Positions 18,212 through 27,443 of a DNA stretch of 32,000 bases are shown one piece after another. Numbering within the stretch: the first letter of the stretch is position 1; each line of letters opens with the position of its first letter. A program made the translations under genes and the position numbers. A model generated the notes under the pieces. The model saw nothing but the letters and a program-made list of their open reading frames with translations, was not told where the DNA came from and ran no database searches. The stretch spans positions 330,001 to 362,000 of the forward strand of contig LYOS01000001.1 of the NCBI GenBank assembly GCA_001766815.1, in the 5' to 3' direction. The DNA comes from Candidatus Syntropharchaeum caldarium (GTDB taxonomy: Archaea > Halobacteriota > Syntropharchaeia > Syntropharchaeales > Syntropharchaeaceae).

Positions 18212-19183
18212 ATGAAAGTAGATATAAACATTAAGATGGTTGTTACACTACTGACTGTTCTCGTTTTGGGAGGAGTGTGTATGCTTGGATCGGCATCTGC
18301 GCACTTTACGATGCTCTTTCCAGGTGGCAAGATGGATGTCAGTCCAGACGACTATATCGGAGAACTGGGTGAGACAGAGACCGTGCTGATCGCATGGGGA
18401 CACCCTTATGAACATGTGCTCTTCGACTGCCCTGTTGTACCAGAGGTCTATGTGAGAGATCCTGAGGGGGTTATCACGCAATTGGATCCAGTTGAGACGA
18501 CAGTCGAAGGGTTCAAGGCGTACAAGGTCTCTTTCAGAATCGAGAAACATGGAGATTATATTGTCCATGCAACGCTCAGCGTACCTGAGCATGAACTTGT
18601 TGATCATACAAAAACTGTGATCCATTGCGGTGAGGAAGCCTGGGAAGGCTGGGATGCTCTACTCGGTGAGAAGGTTGAGGTTCTGCCATACACGAGGCCA
18701 TACGGGCTTGAAGAAGGGTTTGTATTCACAGGAAATGCGCTCCTCGATGGTTCGCCACTTGCTGGTGCAACGGTTGAGGTCGAGAAGTACTACGTGACGG
18801 CTGATGCAGAGGCAGCAGTTTCAGCAGCAGAAGATCTATACGCAGAAGATCCTCCGATGATGTACACAAGGGTCACAACGACAGACAGCGATGGAGACTT
18901 TGCATATACGCTCGATGAGCCTGGAATCTGGTTTGTTGGGGTCTATGCAGAGGGAGATGAAATGGAAGAGCGAGGTGTCATCGTTGTTCCTGTATTTGAA
19001 TCATTCCCACCAGCAGAAGAAACTGGCACCTCAGGGCTTGAGGATCTTGAGGGGAGAGTTTCTCAACTCGAAGAGGTTGTTTCAGGCCTGTCAGATAAAA
19101 CACCTGAATCTCCGTCAGTCGGTATACTTGCAACAATCGGGATTCTCGGAGCTCTGACGATTCTATTGAGGCGGAGAAGGTAG
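18212..19183 (+). CDS. Secreted DUF4198/NikK-like metal-uptake component with a C-terminal membrane anchor
   Basis: The signal peptide ends GSASA|HFTMLFPGG. The beta-rich body (GFKAYKVSFRIEKHGDYIV, GATVEVEKYY, DSDGDFAYTLDEPGIWF) is typical of DUF4198. The C-terminus is PSVGILATIGILGALTILLRRRR. Confidence 0.7.
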   Translation: MKVDINIKMVVTLLTVLVLGGVCMLGSASAHFTMLFPGGKMDVSPDDYIGELGETETVLIAWGHPYEHVLFDCPVVPEVYVRDPEGVITQLDPVETTVEGFKAYKVSFRIEKHGDYIVHATLSVPEHELVDHTKTVIHCGEEAWEGWDALLGEKVEVLPYTRPYGLEEGFVFTGNALLDGSPLAGATVEVEKYYVTADAEAAVSAAEDLYAEDPPMMYTRVTTTDSDGDFAYTLDEPGIWFVGVYAEGDEMEERGVIVVPVFESFPPAEETGTSGLEDLEGRVSQLEEVVSGLSDKTPESPSVGILATIGILGALTILLRRRR

Positions 19184-19192
19184 AGAGAAGAG

Positions 19193-19801
19193 ATGGTTCA
19201 TATATCAGATGGGGTTCTTCAACCCCAAGTCTGGATCAGTGGATTCATCATAACCGGGCTTATCATTGTATGGGCGCTCACAAAGATGCGGGTTGAGGAT
19301 GTTCCAAAGCTCTCTGTTGTTACGGCAGCGGTCTTTGTGGCATCACTCATCCATTTTCCCGTGGGTCCAACAAGCGTCCATCTGGTATTGAACGGTTTTG
19401 CAGGGGTTATGCTTGGTATATTCGCATACCCTGCAATCTTTATCGCACTGATCCTCCAGGCGGTTCTTTTTCAGCACGGTGGAATCACAACGATCGGTAT
19501 CAATGCGATAAATATGGGGGTTCCGGCATTACTTGCTGCAGGTATCTTCAGATATGGGATGAAGTTCGATCTGAAAAATAAGGAAACAATCTTTGGGGCA
19601 ATTGCCGGGGGGATTGGAGTCGCAGGTGCAGTACTCCTGCTCTCAATCGAGCTTCTCTCGCTGGGGGAGGCGTTTGAGACCGTCACAGTATTTGTTGCAG
19701 TAGCGCATATCCCTGTGATTGTGATAGAGGCGGTATTTACAGGTGCACTTGCAGGTTTCCTCGCAAAGGTTAAACCAGAGATTCTGGAGGGTATCAGATG
19801 A
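19193..19801 (+). CDS. cbiM: CbiM/NikM substrate-capture (S) component of a Co/Ni ECF-type transporter
   Basis: MVHISDGVL at the N-terminus resembles the canonical MHIxDG. It has multiple TM segments and the motif LFQHGGITTIGINAINMG. The stop overlaps the next start (ATGA). Confidence 0.9.
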   Translation: MVHISDGVLQPQVWISGFIITGLIIVWALTKMRVEDVPKLSVVTAAVFVASLIHFPVGPTSVHLVLNGFAGVMLGIFAYPAIFIALILQAVLFQHGGITTIGINAINMGVPALLAAGIFRYGMKFDLKNKETIFGAIAGGIGVAGAVLLLSIELLSLGEAFETVTVFVAVAHIPVIVIEAVFTGALAGFLAKVKPEILEGIR

Positions 19802-20232
19802 AAATAAGAACTCTAATAATGATAATCCTTTTGATGGCGGTGGTAAGCCCGACTGTATCGGCACACAGGGTCATCGTTGATTATGGAATCAAGTCAATCT
19901 ATATTGAGGCATACTATGGCGGGGGTGAACCTCTTCGCGATGGAGACGTTAAGATATACATTCCTGATGGAAGGCTCTATGTAGAGGGTAAAACAGATGA
20001 TGAAGGCAAATTCAGTTTCGATCCAGGATTTGAGAAGGAATTCGATGTTGTCGTTGAATCAACAGGACACAGAGGAGAGGTGACGATCAATATGACAGCG
20101 GCTGCTGGAGGAAGGAGCGATAAGGGGGGTGAGATGCCGCTTTACCTCAGGGTCTTTGCAGGTTTTGGATATCTTCTTGGAATCCTGGGGCTTTCGCTGT
20201 GGTATAAGAGTTTTAAGAAGGCCCGAGAATAG
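19798..20232 (+). CDS. NikL-like accessory protein (signal peptide, small beta-sandwich domain, C-terminal TM); sits in the CbiN position
   Basis: The signal peptide ends SPTVSA|HRV. DGDVKIYIPDGRLYVEGKTDDEGKFSF resembles a carboxypeptidase-regulatory/transthyretin-like fold. The C-terminal TM is LRVFAGFGYLLGILGLSLWY. Confidence 0.5.
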   Translation: MKIRTLIMIILLMAVVSPTVSAHRVIVDYGIKSIYIEAYYGGGEPLRDGDVKIYIPDGRLYVEGKTDDEGKFSFDPGFEKEFDVVVESTGHRGEVTINMTAAAGGRSDKGGEMPLYLRVFAGFGYLLGILGLSLWYKSFKKARE

Positions 20233-20241
20233 AAAAGAAAG

Positions 20242-20976
20242 ATGATCGGACATATCGAGATAGATCGCTATCACGCACTCAGATCACCATTACATAACTG
20301 GGATTCAAGAGCGAAGCTTGTATCAATTCTTACACTCATATTCTCGATCGTTCTCGTTTATGATCTCAGGATGGCGGTCATGGGGTTATTAGCAGCGATT
20401 GTAATCCTTCTTCTATCGCGGATTCCAGTCAGGTTTGTGTTAACGCATATCAAATGGGTGTTTCTCTTTGTATCACCGTTTCTTTTCATCCTCCCGCTTG
20501 AGATTACAGATGGCAGGATAGGGATAGACCCTTATGGGCTGTGGTATGGCTCGCTGATCACACTCAAGGCGTTATCTGCCGTCATACTGATATTTCCAAT
20601 GGTCGGGACTGCAAGGTTCGATGTTACTTTAAAAGCCCTTATCGATCTCAAAGTTCCAAATAAACTTGTTCAGATGCTTGTCTTCACATTCAGGTACATC
20701 TTTGTCTTTTTCGAGGAATTTCAGCGGATAGTAAGGTCAATTGAATCACGTTGTTTCGAGCTTAAAACAAGAATATATACGATAAAAACACTGGGTAAAG
20801 CGATAGGGATGTTGTTTGTGAAGAGCTACGAGCGGGCAGAGCGGGTATATAATGCAATGATCTCGCGTGGGTACGATGGCGTTTTAAGGGGTGGTGGTGA
20901 GTTTAAAATGCAGAGGATAGATTGGGTAAAGTCTTTGCTGATTATAGTACTTGCGGTGGGGTTGCATATTCTGTAA
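20242..20976 (+). CDS. cbiQ: CbiQ/EcfT-type transmembrane (T) component of an ECF transporter
   Basis: LHNWDSRAKLVSILTLIFSIVLV at the N-terminus and a C-terminal ARG-like coupling region (RSIESRCFE, AMISRGYDG) fit the family. The protein is 244 aa. Confidence 0.85.
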   Translation: MIGHIEIDRYHALRSPLHNWDSRAKLVSILTLIFSIVLVYDLRMAVMGLLAAIVILLLSRIPVRFVLTHIKWVFLFVSPFLFILPLEITDGRIGIDPYGLWYGSLITLKALSAVILIFPMVGTARFDVTLKALIDLKVPNKLVQMLVFTFRYIFVFFEEFQRIVRSIESRCFELKTRIYTIKTLGKAIGMLFVKSYERAERVYNAMISRGYDGVLRGGGEFKMQRIDWVKSLLIIVLAVGLHIL

Positions 20977-21021
20977 TGAGAAATCCGAAAGATAAATATA
21001 GGATCAAAACTCGTTAAGGGT

Positions 21022-22002
21022 GTGAACTTCGATCTTGAGAGTATCGCCAGGGAAATACAGAATTTTGAAGGTGTGACTCGTAAGAATCCGATCGGACCAC
21101 TACTTGAAGGTTTTAACACAGGGATGACAAATTCCATAGATATAGAAGCGACATTTGGGGAGGATGCAGCAGTTCTGAGCCATGGGGACGACCTGCTCCT
21201 CATCGCTGCAGATGGAATATGGGAGCGGTTGATGAATGCAGATCCTGAATGGGCTGGTTATTGTGCGGTTCTTGTCAATATCCATGATATTGCAGCGATG
21301 GGCGGGAAGCCACTGGGGATGGTTGACGTCTTCTCCTTCAGATCAAAGACGTCGTGCACGCTTGTCATAAAAGGGATGAACGATGCGATCGCTCGATTCG
21401 GCGTCCCAATAATCGGTGGACATGTCCACCCTGATGCACCTTTTAACATGCTCGATATCGCGATTCTCGGGGTTGCAAAGAAGGGCTGTGCGATACTGAG
21501 CAGCACCGCAAAGGCAGACGATGTGATCATCATGGCATGCGATCTCGAGGGCAGAGTTCACCCATCGAGTAACCTCAACTGGGACTCAACAACCATGCGT
21601 GATGGTGAAATCTTGAAGAAACAGATCGAAGCAATGCGTGTACTCGGAGAAGCACACCTTGTACATGCTGGTAAAGACATAAGCAATCCTGGTGTGCTTG
21701 GAACAATTGGAATGATGATTGAGGTTAGCAGAAAAGGTGCAACCGTGGATATTGGTGCAATACCAAAGCCAGCAGAGATAGAGATGACACACTGGCTCAA
21801 GATGTATCCAGGGATGGGTTTTGTTGTTACAGCAGACGAGGATCATGCATCAGAGGTGATCGAGGTATTTAACAACCATCATCTCACCGCCGCAACGATT
21901 GGCAGGGTCAGGGAGGGGTCAATATTCTCGATAACAGATGGAGATCGGTCAGTGAAACTTTTTGACTTTTCTGAAGATAGGATAACAGGAATAAAAGGGT
22001 AG
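21022..22002 (+). CDS. AIR-synthase-related (PurM superfamily) protein; candidate 'methanogenesis marker 2'-type protein
   Basis: [22 protein letters not shown] and [17 protein letters not shown] are PurM N-domain motifs, and a PurM-like C-domain follows. The start is GTG. The marker-2 assignment is from memory of that family's description: about 325 aa, AIRS N and C domains, specific to methanogens. Confidence 0.7.
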   Translation: MNFDLESIAREIQNFEGVTRKNPIGPLLEGFNTGMTNSIDIEATFGEDAAVLSHGDDLLLIAADGIWERLMNADPEWAGYCAVLVNIHDIAAMGGKPLGMVDVFSFRSKTSCTLVIKGMNDAIARFGVPIIGGHVHPDAPFNMLDIAILGVAKKGCAILSSTAKADDVIIMACDLEGRVHPSSNLNWDSTTMRDGEILKKQIEAMRVLGEAHLVHAGKDISNPGVLGTIGMMIEVSRKGATVDIGAIPKPAEIEMTHWLKMYPGMGFVVTADEDHASEVIEVFNNHHLTAATIGRVREGSIFSITDGDRSVKLFDFSEDRITGIKG

Positions 22003-22006
22003 TTTT

Positions 22007-23182
22007 ATGAAGGTAGCACTTGCATACTCAGGTGGGCTTGATACATCTGTCTGTATCCCACTCCTCAAGGAGCGCTATGGAGTTGATGAGGTCATCAGTG
22101 TTGTTGTTGATGTCGGTCAGCCAGTGGAGGATCTTGAGCGGGCGAACAGGCTTGGGGAGGAGATAGCAGATCATCACATCGTCATCGATGCGAAAGAGGA
22201 GTTTGTAGAGGATTATATTTTCCCACTGATTAAAGCAAATGGCAATTATGAAGGGTATGTACTTGGGACAGCAATAGCACGCCCCTTAATCGCAAAGAAA
22301 GTGGCAGAAGTTGCATTCAGAGAGAAGGCAGATGCGGTTGCTCATGGATGCACAGGGAAAGGCAACGACCAGCTGCGATTTGAAGCAGTCTTCAGGGCGA
22401 TGGGATTGAAGGTTATCGCCCCGATGCGAGAACTTGGACTCAAGCGGTCTGAAGAGATTGAGTATGCGATAAAGAAGGGTCTGAAGATCAATGTTGGTAA
22501 AGATACACCATGGAGTATCGATGAGAACCTCTGGAGCAGGTCAATCGAGGGAGGAATGCTCGAAGACCCGGCATTCATACCACCAGAGGAGATATTTGCA
22601 TGGACAAAATCCCCGGAAGATGCGCCTGATTCGCCACTTATTTTAAAGATCACTTTTGAGGAAGGGGTACCTGTCGCACTCGATGGTGAAGCCCTCAGGG
22701 GATATGATCTCATCGTCCGCCTGAACATGATTGCAGGCGAGCATGGGGTTGGAAGAACCGATATTATTGAGGACAGAGTTCTCGGGCTTAAAGCGCGTGA
22801 GAATTATGAACATCCAGCAGCGACCGTACTGCTCAGTGCACATCGCGATCTTGAACAGATCGTTTTGACGAGAAATGAACTGAGGTTTAAAATGAGTGTT
22901 GATGCAGCGTGGTCTGAACTTGCATATCAGGGACTCGTCCTCGATCCACTATATGATGATCTTCTCGCCTTCATCGATGAGACGCAGAAACGTGTGAGTG
23001 GGGATGTCACGGTTAAACTCTACAAGGGTTCGTTGCAGGTTCTTGGAAGGTATGCCAGAACCGCACTTTATAGAGAGGATTGGGTCTCATTTGATACAGC
23101 CGTGGAGATTGACCCAGCAGATGCCGGCGGCTTCTCAAAGTTTCATGGGTTGCAGGCACGCCTGTACAGATCCTCTATCTGA
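22007..23182 (+). CDS. argG: Argininosuccinate synthase
   Basis: The signatures AYSGGLDTS and [13 protein letters not shown] are present. The protein is 391 aa. Confidence 0.95.
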   Translation: MKVALAYSGGLDTSVCIPLLKERYGVDEVISVVVDVGQPVEDLERANRLGEEIADHHIVIDAKEEFVEDYIFPLIKANGNYEGYVLGTAIARPLIAKKVAEVAFREKADAVAHGCTGKGNDQLRFEAVFRAMGLKVIAPMRELGLKRSEEIEYAIKKGLKINVGKDTPWSIDENLWSRSIEGGMLEDPAFIPPEEIFAWTKSPEDAPDSPLILKITFEEGVPVALDGEALRGYDLIVRLNMIAGEHGVGRTDIIEDRVLGLKARENYEHPAATVLLSAHRDLEQIVLTRNELRFKMSVDAAWSELAYQGLVLDPLYDDLLAFIDETQKRVSGDVTVKLYKGSLQVLGRYARTALYREDWVSFDTAVEIDPADAGGFSKFHGLQARLYRSSI

Positions 23183-23733
23183 AATATCGAGTGGATCGCG
23201 ACACCCATCTCATCAAACTGCTGCTGGTTTTCTGATGTGATCTCTCCTCTGTTGACTGCAACCAGGATCGCAACAGGTTCAAGCCCAAGATCAATGAGTC
23301 GTCGGAAGGCCTCGATCTTTGTATAGCCATCTGATATGACATCATCAAGCATCAGTACCCGATCCCCTTTCTGCATATTACCTACAAAAAATTTATCCAC
23401 CCTGTCACCGTGAGCTTTTGCCTCCTTCCGATCATATCCCCAGCGTTTATCCACGCCTTCAAGTTCATAGAGCTTTGCCGAAACAAGAGCCGCAATCGGG
23501 ATTCCCTTATACGCGGGACCATAGAGGTAATCAAACTCCATGCCCACATCAGCAAGGATCTTTAAAGTATACGCCTCTGCCGCCAGCGACGCGCCTTTTC
23601 CCGTGTTCATCGCGGTTGCGATATTGACAAAATAGTGGGAGATTCTGCCGCTTTTCAGGGTGAACTCACCAAACTTGAGCGCTCCTGTTTCAAGCAGGTG
23701 GTTGAGGAATACCTCTTCAAATGCCTTCATCAT
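23143..23733 (-). CDS. pyrE: Orotate phosphoribosyltransferase
   Basis: [19 protein letters not shown] is present, along with the PRPP motif [14 protein letters not shown] start at the ATG pair 23733/23730 (MMKAFEE) rather than 23781. Confidence 0.8.
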   Translation of the reverse strand: MMKAFEEVFLNHLLETGALKFGEFTLKSGRISHYFVNIATAMNTGKGASLAAEAYTLKILADVGMEFDYLYGPAYKGIPIAALVSAKLYELEGVDKRWGYDRKEAKAHGDRVDKFFVGNMQKGDRVLMLDDVISDGYTKIEAFRRLIDLGLEPVAILVAVNRGEITSENQQQFDEMGVAIHSIFQIEDLYRRACNP

Positions 23734-23750
23734 TAAGATACCGGAGTGGG

Positions 23751-23760
23751 AATATAAAAG
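23751..23760 (-). promoter_or_regulatory. TATA box (minus strand CTTTTATATT) for pyrE
   Basis: It lies ~22-25 nt upstream of the pyrE ATGs, consistent with a leaderless mRNA. Confidence 0.35.
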
Positions 23761-23786
23761 ATCGATGCTCTGGGGAAACAACTATC

Positions 23787-23794
23787 TTCATATA
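23787..23794 (+). promoter_or_regulatory. TATA-like box (TTCATATA) for the tRNA cluster
   Basis: Its centre is ~30 nt upstream of the first tRNA nucleotide (23820). Confidence 0.3.
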
Positions 23795-23819
23795 CCACCG
23801 AGACTAAATTGTGGTGTGC

Positions 23820-23892
23820 GCCTCGGTGGCTCAGCTGGCAGAGCGCGTGCTTGGTAAGCACGAGGTCGCGGGTTCAAATCCCGCCCGAGGCT
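23820..23892 (+). tRNA. tRNA-Thr (anticodon GGU)
   Basis: Hand-folded cloverleaf. The acceptor stem is GCCTCGG/CCGAGGC and the D arm is GCTC-AGCTGGCA-GAGC. The anticodon stem is CGTGC/GCACG with loop TTGGTAA. The T arm is GCGGG-TTCAAAT-CCCGC and the discriminator is T. No CCA is encoded. Confidence 0.9.
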
Positions 23893-23898
23893 CTCAAA

Positions 23899-23971
23899 GG
23901 GCCTGTAGGGTAGCGGACTATCCTATCGGGCTTCGGACTCGATAACCTGGGTTCAAATCCCAGCAGGCCCG
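23899..23971 (+). tRNA. tRNA-Arg (anticodon UCG)
   Basis: The acceptor stem is GGGCCTG/CAGGCCC. T8, A14, GG18-19 and A21 are present. The anticodon stem is TCGGG/CTCGA with loop CTTCGGA. The variable loop is 4 nt (TAAC). The T arm is CTGGG-TTCAAAT-CCCAG and the discriminator is G. Confidence 0.8.
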
Positions 23972-23976
23972 TAGGT

Positions 23977-24049
23977 GGACTCGTGGGGTAGCGGACTATC
24001 CTCTTGGGCTCCGGATCCAAGAACCCGGGTTCAAATCCCGGCGAGTCCG
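23977..24049 (+). tRNA. tRNA-Arg (anticodon CCG)
   Basis: The acceptor stem is GGACTCG/CGAGTCC. The D region GGGTAGCGGACTATCC is identical to the preceding tRNA. The anticodon stem is TTGGG/TCCAA with loop CTCCGGA. The variable loop is GAAC. The T arm is CCGGG-TTCAAAT-CCCGG and the discriminator is G. Confidence 0.8.
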
Positions 24050-24065
24050 TCATGGTCGATCTGTG

Positions 24066-26879
24066 ATGAAGAATGGTAATGTATTCCAACTCCTCGACGA
24101 GCGAATCAGAGAGTTACTTGATAAAAACGGAATAAAAGAACCGAGTCCGCCACAGATTGAGGCGATACCAGCAATTCTCTCGGGAAACGATATTCTCCTG
24201 ATCGCACCCACCGGAACCGGCAAGACCGAAGCCGCGGTGCTCCCGATCTTTCATAAGATCCTGAATAAAAGAGTGAGGAAGGGCATATCTGCTGTTTATG
24301 TGACACCACTCAGGGCCTTGAACCGTGATATGCTGAAAAGACTCTTTGAGTGGGGCAATGAGCTTGGGATCAGCGTCGAGGTTCGACATGGCGATACACC
24401 ACAGTCCCAGCGGAGAAGACAGGCTTTACACCCTCCAGATTTTATCATAACAACACCAGAGACACTCCAGCTTCTTTTAGTTGGTGGACGGATGCGACAG
24501 CACCTCAAAGATCTTTCATGGCTTGTTGTTGACGAGGTACATGAGCTTGCAGACTCAAAACGTGGGTTGCAACTTGCAATAACGCTTGAGAGGCTGAGAG
24601 AGGTTTCAGGGGACTTTCAGAGGATCGGTTTATCCGCCACAATTGGAAACCCTGAGGATGTTGCAAAGTTTCTTGGGGGATCTGAGGGTGCACCCAGGAT
24701 CATCGATGTTTCCTTTGCAAAATCGTTATCGGTTGAGGTATGCGCCCCCGTGATCAATGAGGAGGATATCGAGATCTCAAAGCTTCTTTCGATAGAAACA
24801 GCGACTGCATCGCATATCAGGATGATCAGGGACCTTATATCTTCTCACAGATCAACACTCATTTTTGTAAACACCCGTCAGTCCGCAGAAGCACTTTCAT
24901 ACAGACTTCGACTCATCACAGATCCCGACTCAATCGGTGTGCACCATGGTTCACTCTCAAAGGAGATGCGCATTGAGATCGAAAACAGGTTCAAGGAGGG
25001 AAAAATTCGAGGACTCATCTGTACATCTTCGATGGAACTCGGGATCGACGTTGGGTCAGTGGATCTTGTAATTCAGTACATGTCCCCAAGGGAGGTTACA
25101 AGGCTTATCCAGCGGGTTGGAAGGTCGGGTCACAGGATGGATCGGGTATCAAAAGGTATCATCATCGCAGAAGATCCTGATGAGATAATCGAGTCATGGG
25201 TGATCGCAGGGATGGCGAAGAAGGGTCTGGCAGAGGTGAAGAGGATCAGAGAAGGAGCACTTGACGTTGTTGCAAACCAGATCTGTGGTATGCTTCTTGA
25301 GTACGACAGGATGGATGCGGATGGTCTCTATTCGATAATAAAGCGAGCGTACCCGTTCAGAAGGTTCACAAAGGAGGCATGTGAGAAGATCATCGCAGAT
25401 CTAAAAGATCACAGGCTGATCTGGGTTGATGACGAAGGTATCTCGCGCCGTGGAAGGGGCAGGAGTTACTACTACGAGAACCTCTCGATGATCCCTGATG
25501 AGAACCGCTACGAGGTCTATGATATTGTGAGTCGCAGGCGGATCGGAATGCTCGATGAGGCGTTTGTAATCAATTTTGCTAGGGTTGGTGCGGTATTTGT
25601 GACTCGTGGGGAGATGTGGCGGATAATAACGATCGAGGAGCGAAAGCTCAATGTTGAGCCAGTCAGAGATCCAGAAGGTGAACTTCCAAGCTGGGTTGGT
25701 GAGGAGATACCTGTGCCATTCGAGGTTGCCGAGCAGGTCGGAAAAATGCGAAGGATTATCGCTGATATGATAGAAGAAGGTCTATCTGATTCTGAAATTT
25801 ATAAAGAAGCTCTTAAAGTGTGCGATACAGATATAAATACGGTATGCAGGGTTACAGAGCTTTTAAGAAAGCAGATCGATCAGGGTTTCATCGTTCCAGA
25901 TGATAAAACGATCCTGATCGAGATTGAGAAGGATTCGGTTGTGATAAACGTTGCTCTTGGTCACAGGGCAAACGATACGCTTGGAAGAGTTATAACCTCC
26001 TATATTGCAGCGAAGTTTGGATCAAGCATCCCGCTTGAGATCGATCCATACAGGATCAAGTTCAGAACACCCGCACCAATCTCAAGAAGCTACATGCTGG
26101 AGCTCATATCATCGATAAAGCCTGAATATGTTGAGCCGATCTTGAAGATGACACTCAAGAATACGATCCTCCTTCGATGGAAGATGGTAAATGTTGCAAA
26201 GAAGTTTGGAGCGATAGGAAAGGATGCAGACTACAGTAAGATACCTGTAAATCGCCTCTATGATCTATTCCACAACACGCCAATCGAGAAAGAGGCTATA
26301 CAGGCTATATTTCATGAGAACCTTGATATCGAACAGTGTATGGAATTCCTGAAACGTATCAATGATGGAAAGATCAGGATTGAGTTTACTAACACCTTAA
26401 GCCCGGTGGGTTTGAGTGGATATGGCGGTAGGAAGGATCTTCTGACATCGAAGAGGGTTGATCGTTCAATCCTAATCGCACTGAAAGAGCGGATCATGAA
26501 CGACCATGTGATACTTTTTTGCACCACCTGTAAGAAATGGAGGCTTAAACAGAAGGTCAGAGATGTGAAAGAGCCGATCGAGTGCCTGGTCTGTGGCTCA
26601 AGGATGATTGCAGCCCTAAAACCATGGGAGGATGAGGAGATCGAGCTTCTGAAGAAGGGGAGTGGAGAGAAGGCACGGATCAAACGTGTATACAGGAATG
26701 CAAATCTTGTTCTCTCGCACGGTCTGAAGGCCGTGATCGCACTCGCATCCAGGGGAGTCGGGCCTGAGATTGCATCAAGGATTATCTCAAAGCTCAGGGA
26801 TGATGAGATGGACTTCTACCGTGATATAATGGATGCAGAGCGTAAGTATGCTGCAACCAGGGGGTTCTGGAGGGAGTAA
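24066..26879 (+). CDS. lhr: Lhr-type large superfamily-2 ATP-dependent helicase
   Basis: Motif I is APTGTGKTEAA, motif II is DEVH and motif III is SAT. HHGSLS and motif VI (QRVGRSGHR) are also present. A long C-terminal extension carries a CxxC..CxxC ribbon (CTTCKK..CLVCGS). The ATG at 24066 follows a GTG at 24063. Confidence 0.85.
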   Translation: MKNGNVFQLLDERIRELLDKNGIKEPSPPQIEAIPAILSGNDILLIAPTGTGKTEAAVLPIFHKILNKRVRKGISAVYVTPLRALNRDMLKRLFEWGNELGISVEVRHGDTPQSQRRRQALHPPDFIITTPETLQLLLVGGRMRQHLKDLSWLVVDEVHELADSKRGLQLAITLERLREVSGDFQRIGLSATIGNPEDVAKFLGGSEGAPRIIDVSFAKSLSVEVCAPVINEEDIEISKLLSIETATASHIRMIRDLISSHRSTLIFVNTRQSAEALSYRLRLITDPDSIGVHHGSLSKEMRIEIENRFKEGKIRGLICTSSMELGIDVGSVDLVIQYMSPREVTRLIQRVGRSGHRMDRVSKGIIIAEDPDEIIESWVIAGMAKKGLAEVKRIREGALDVVANQICGMLLEYDRMDADGLYSIIKRAYPFRRFTKEACEKIIADLKDHRLIWVDDEGISRRGRGRSYYYENLSMIPDENRYEVYDIVSRRRIGMLDEAFVINFARVGAVFVTRGEMWRIITIEERKLNVEPVRDPEGELPSWVGEEIPVPFEVAEQVGKMRRIIADMIEEGLSDSEIYKEALKVCDTDINTVCRVTELLRKQIDQGFIVPDDKTILIEIEKDSVVINVALGHRANDTLGRVITSYIAAKFGSSIPLEIDPYRIKFRTPAPISRSYMLELISSIKPEYVEPILKMTLKNTILLRWKMVNVAKKFGAIGKDADYSKIPVNRLYDLFHNTPIEKEAIQAIFHENLDIEQCMEFLKRINDGKIRIEFTNTLSPVGLSGYGGRKDLLTSKRVDRSILIALKERIMNDHVILFCTTCKKWRLKQKVRDVKEPIECLVCGSRMIAALKPWEDEEIELLKKGSGEKARIKRVYRNANLVLSHGLKAVIALASRGVGPEIASRIISKLRDDEMDFYRDIMDAERKYAATRGFWRE

Positions 26880-26884
26880 AGATA

Positions 26885-27301
26885 TTAAAGATACTTCACA
26901 ATCTTCTGCTCAATAATCTCTCGTGGAAGCGCTCCTATCACCTGGTCAACAAGAACACCGTTTTTGAATATGAGCAGTGCAGGGATCGACATTATCCTGT
27001 AGTTTCTTGCCGTGACCTGATTTTCATCTACATTCAATTTTCCAAAGACGATCCGGCCTGCATAGTCTTTTGCCAGTGCATCAATGGTCGGTGAGATCAT
27101 TCTGCATGGTCCACACCACGCTGCCCAGCAATCTATAACAATGAGTGGATATTTTTTAATCATCTCATTAAAATTAGCATCTGTTATCACGATTGGCGAT
27201 GAGATAACAGTAGTCTCCTCACGTTCAGTTGCTTCTCGCATCATCGCCTCAAGCTTACGTTTCTTTATCCTCTCAAGTTCGTCGGCATCGCTCATTCGCA
27301 T
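26885..27301 (-). CDS. trxA: Thioredoxin with a ~35-aa charged N-terminal extension
   Basis: The active site is WAAWCGPC. The start is ATG 27301, with a GTG one codon upstream at 27304. No signal peptide is present. Confidence 0.9.
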   Translation of the reverse strand: MRMSDADELERIKKRKLEAMMREATEREETTVISSPIVITDANFNEMIKKYPLIVIDCWAAWCGPCRMISPTIDALAKDYAGRIVFGKLNVDENQVTARNYRIMSIPALLIFKNGVLVDQVIGALPREIIEQKIVKYL

Positions 27302-27353
27302 CACCGCATACCCTTTCGATCAAACTGGTGATAAACTTTTCTGATCACAAATA

Positions 27354-27360
27354 TTTATAT
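27354..27360 (+). promoter_or_regulatory. TATA box (TTTATAT) upstream of the cytochrome gene
   Basis: It lies in the sequence AAATATTTATATG within the trx/cytochrome divergent spacer. Confidence 0.35.
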
Positions 27361-27429
27361 GTTGCACATAAATAAAAATGATGTGAAGATAGCGGTAAAT
27401 GGTGAAAAATCCATTAAAACAAGATGAAA

Positions 27430-27435
27430 GGAGGT
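27430..27435 (+). promoter_or_regulatory. Shine-Dalgarno GGAGGT 8 nt upstream of ATG 27444
   Basis: The sequence is AAAGGAGGTTAAATAGA-ATG. This supports 27444 as the cytochrome start over the upstream ATG at 27399. Confidence 0.5.
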
Positions 27436-27443
27436 TAAATAGA

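Noticed and set aside
23874-24089. 71-aa minus-strand ORF
   Set aside because: It is almost entirely covered by the three tRNA genes. Its repeated GFEP/IVRYPT peptides simply reflect the repeated tRNA T-arm and D-arm sequences.
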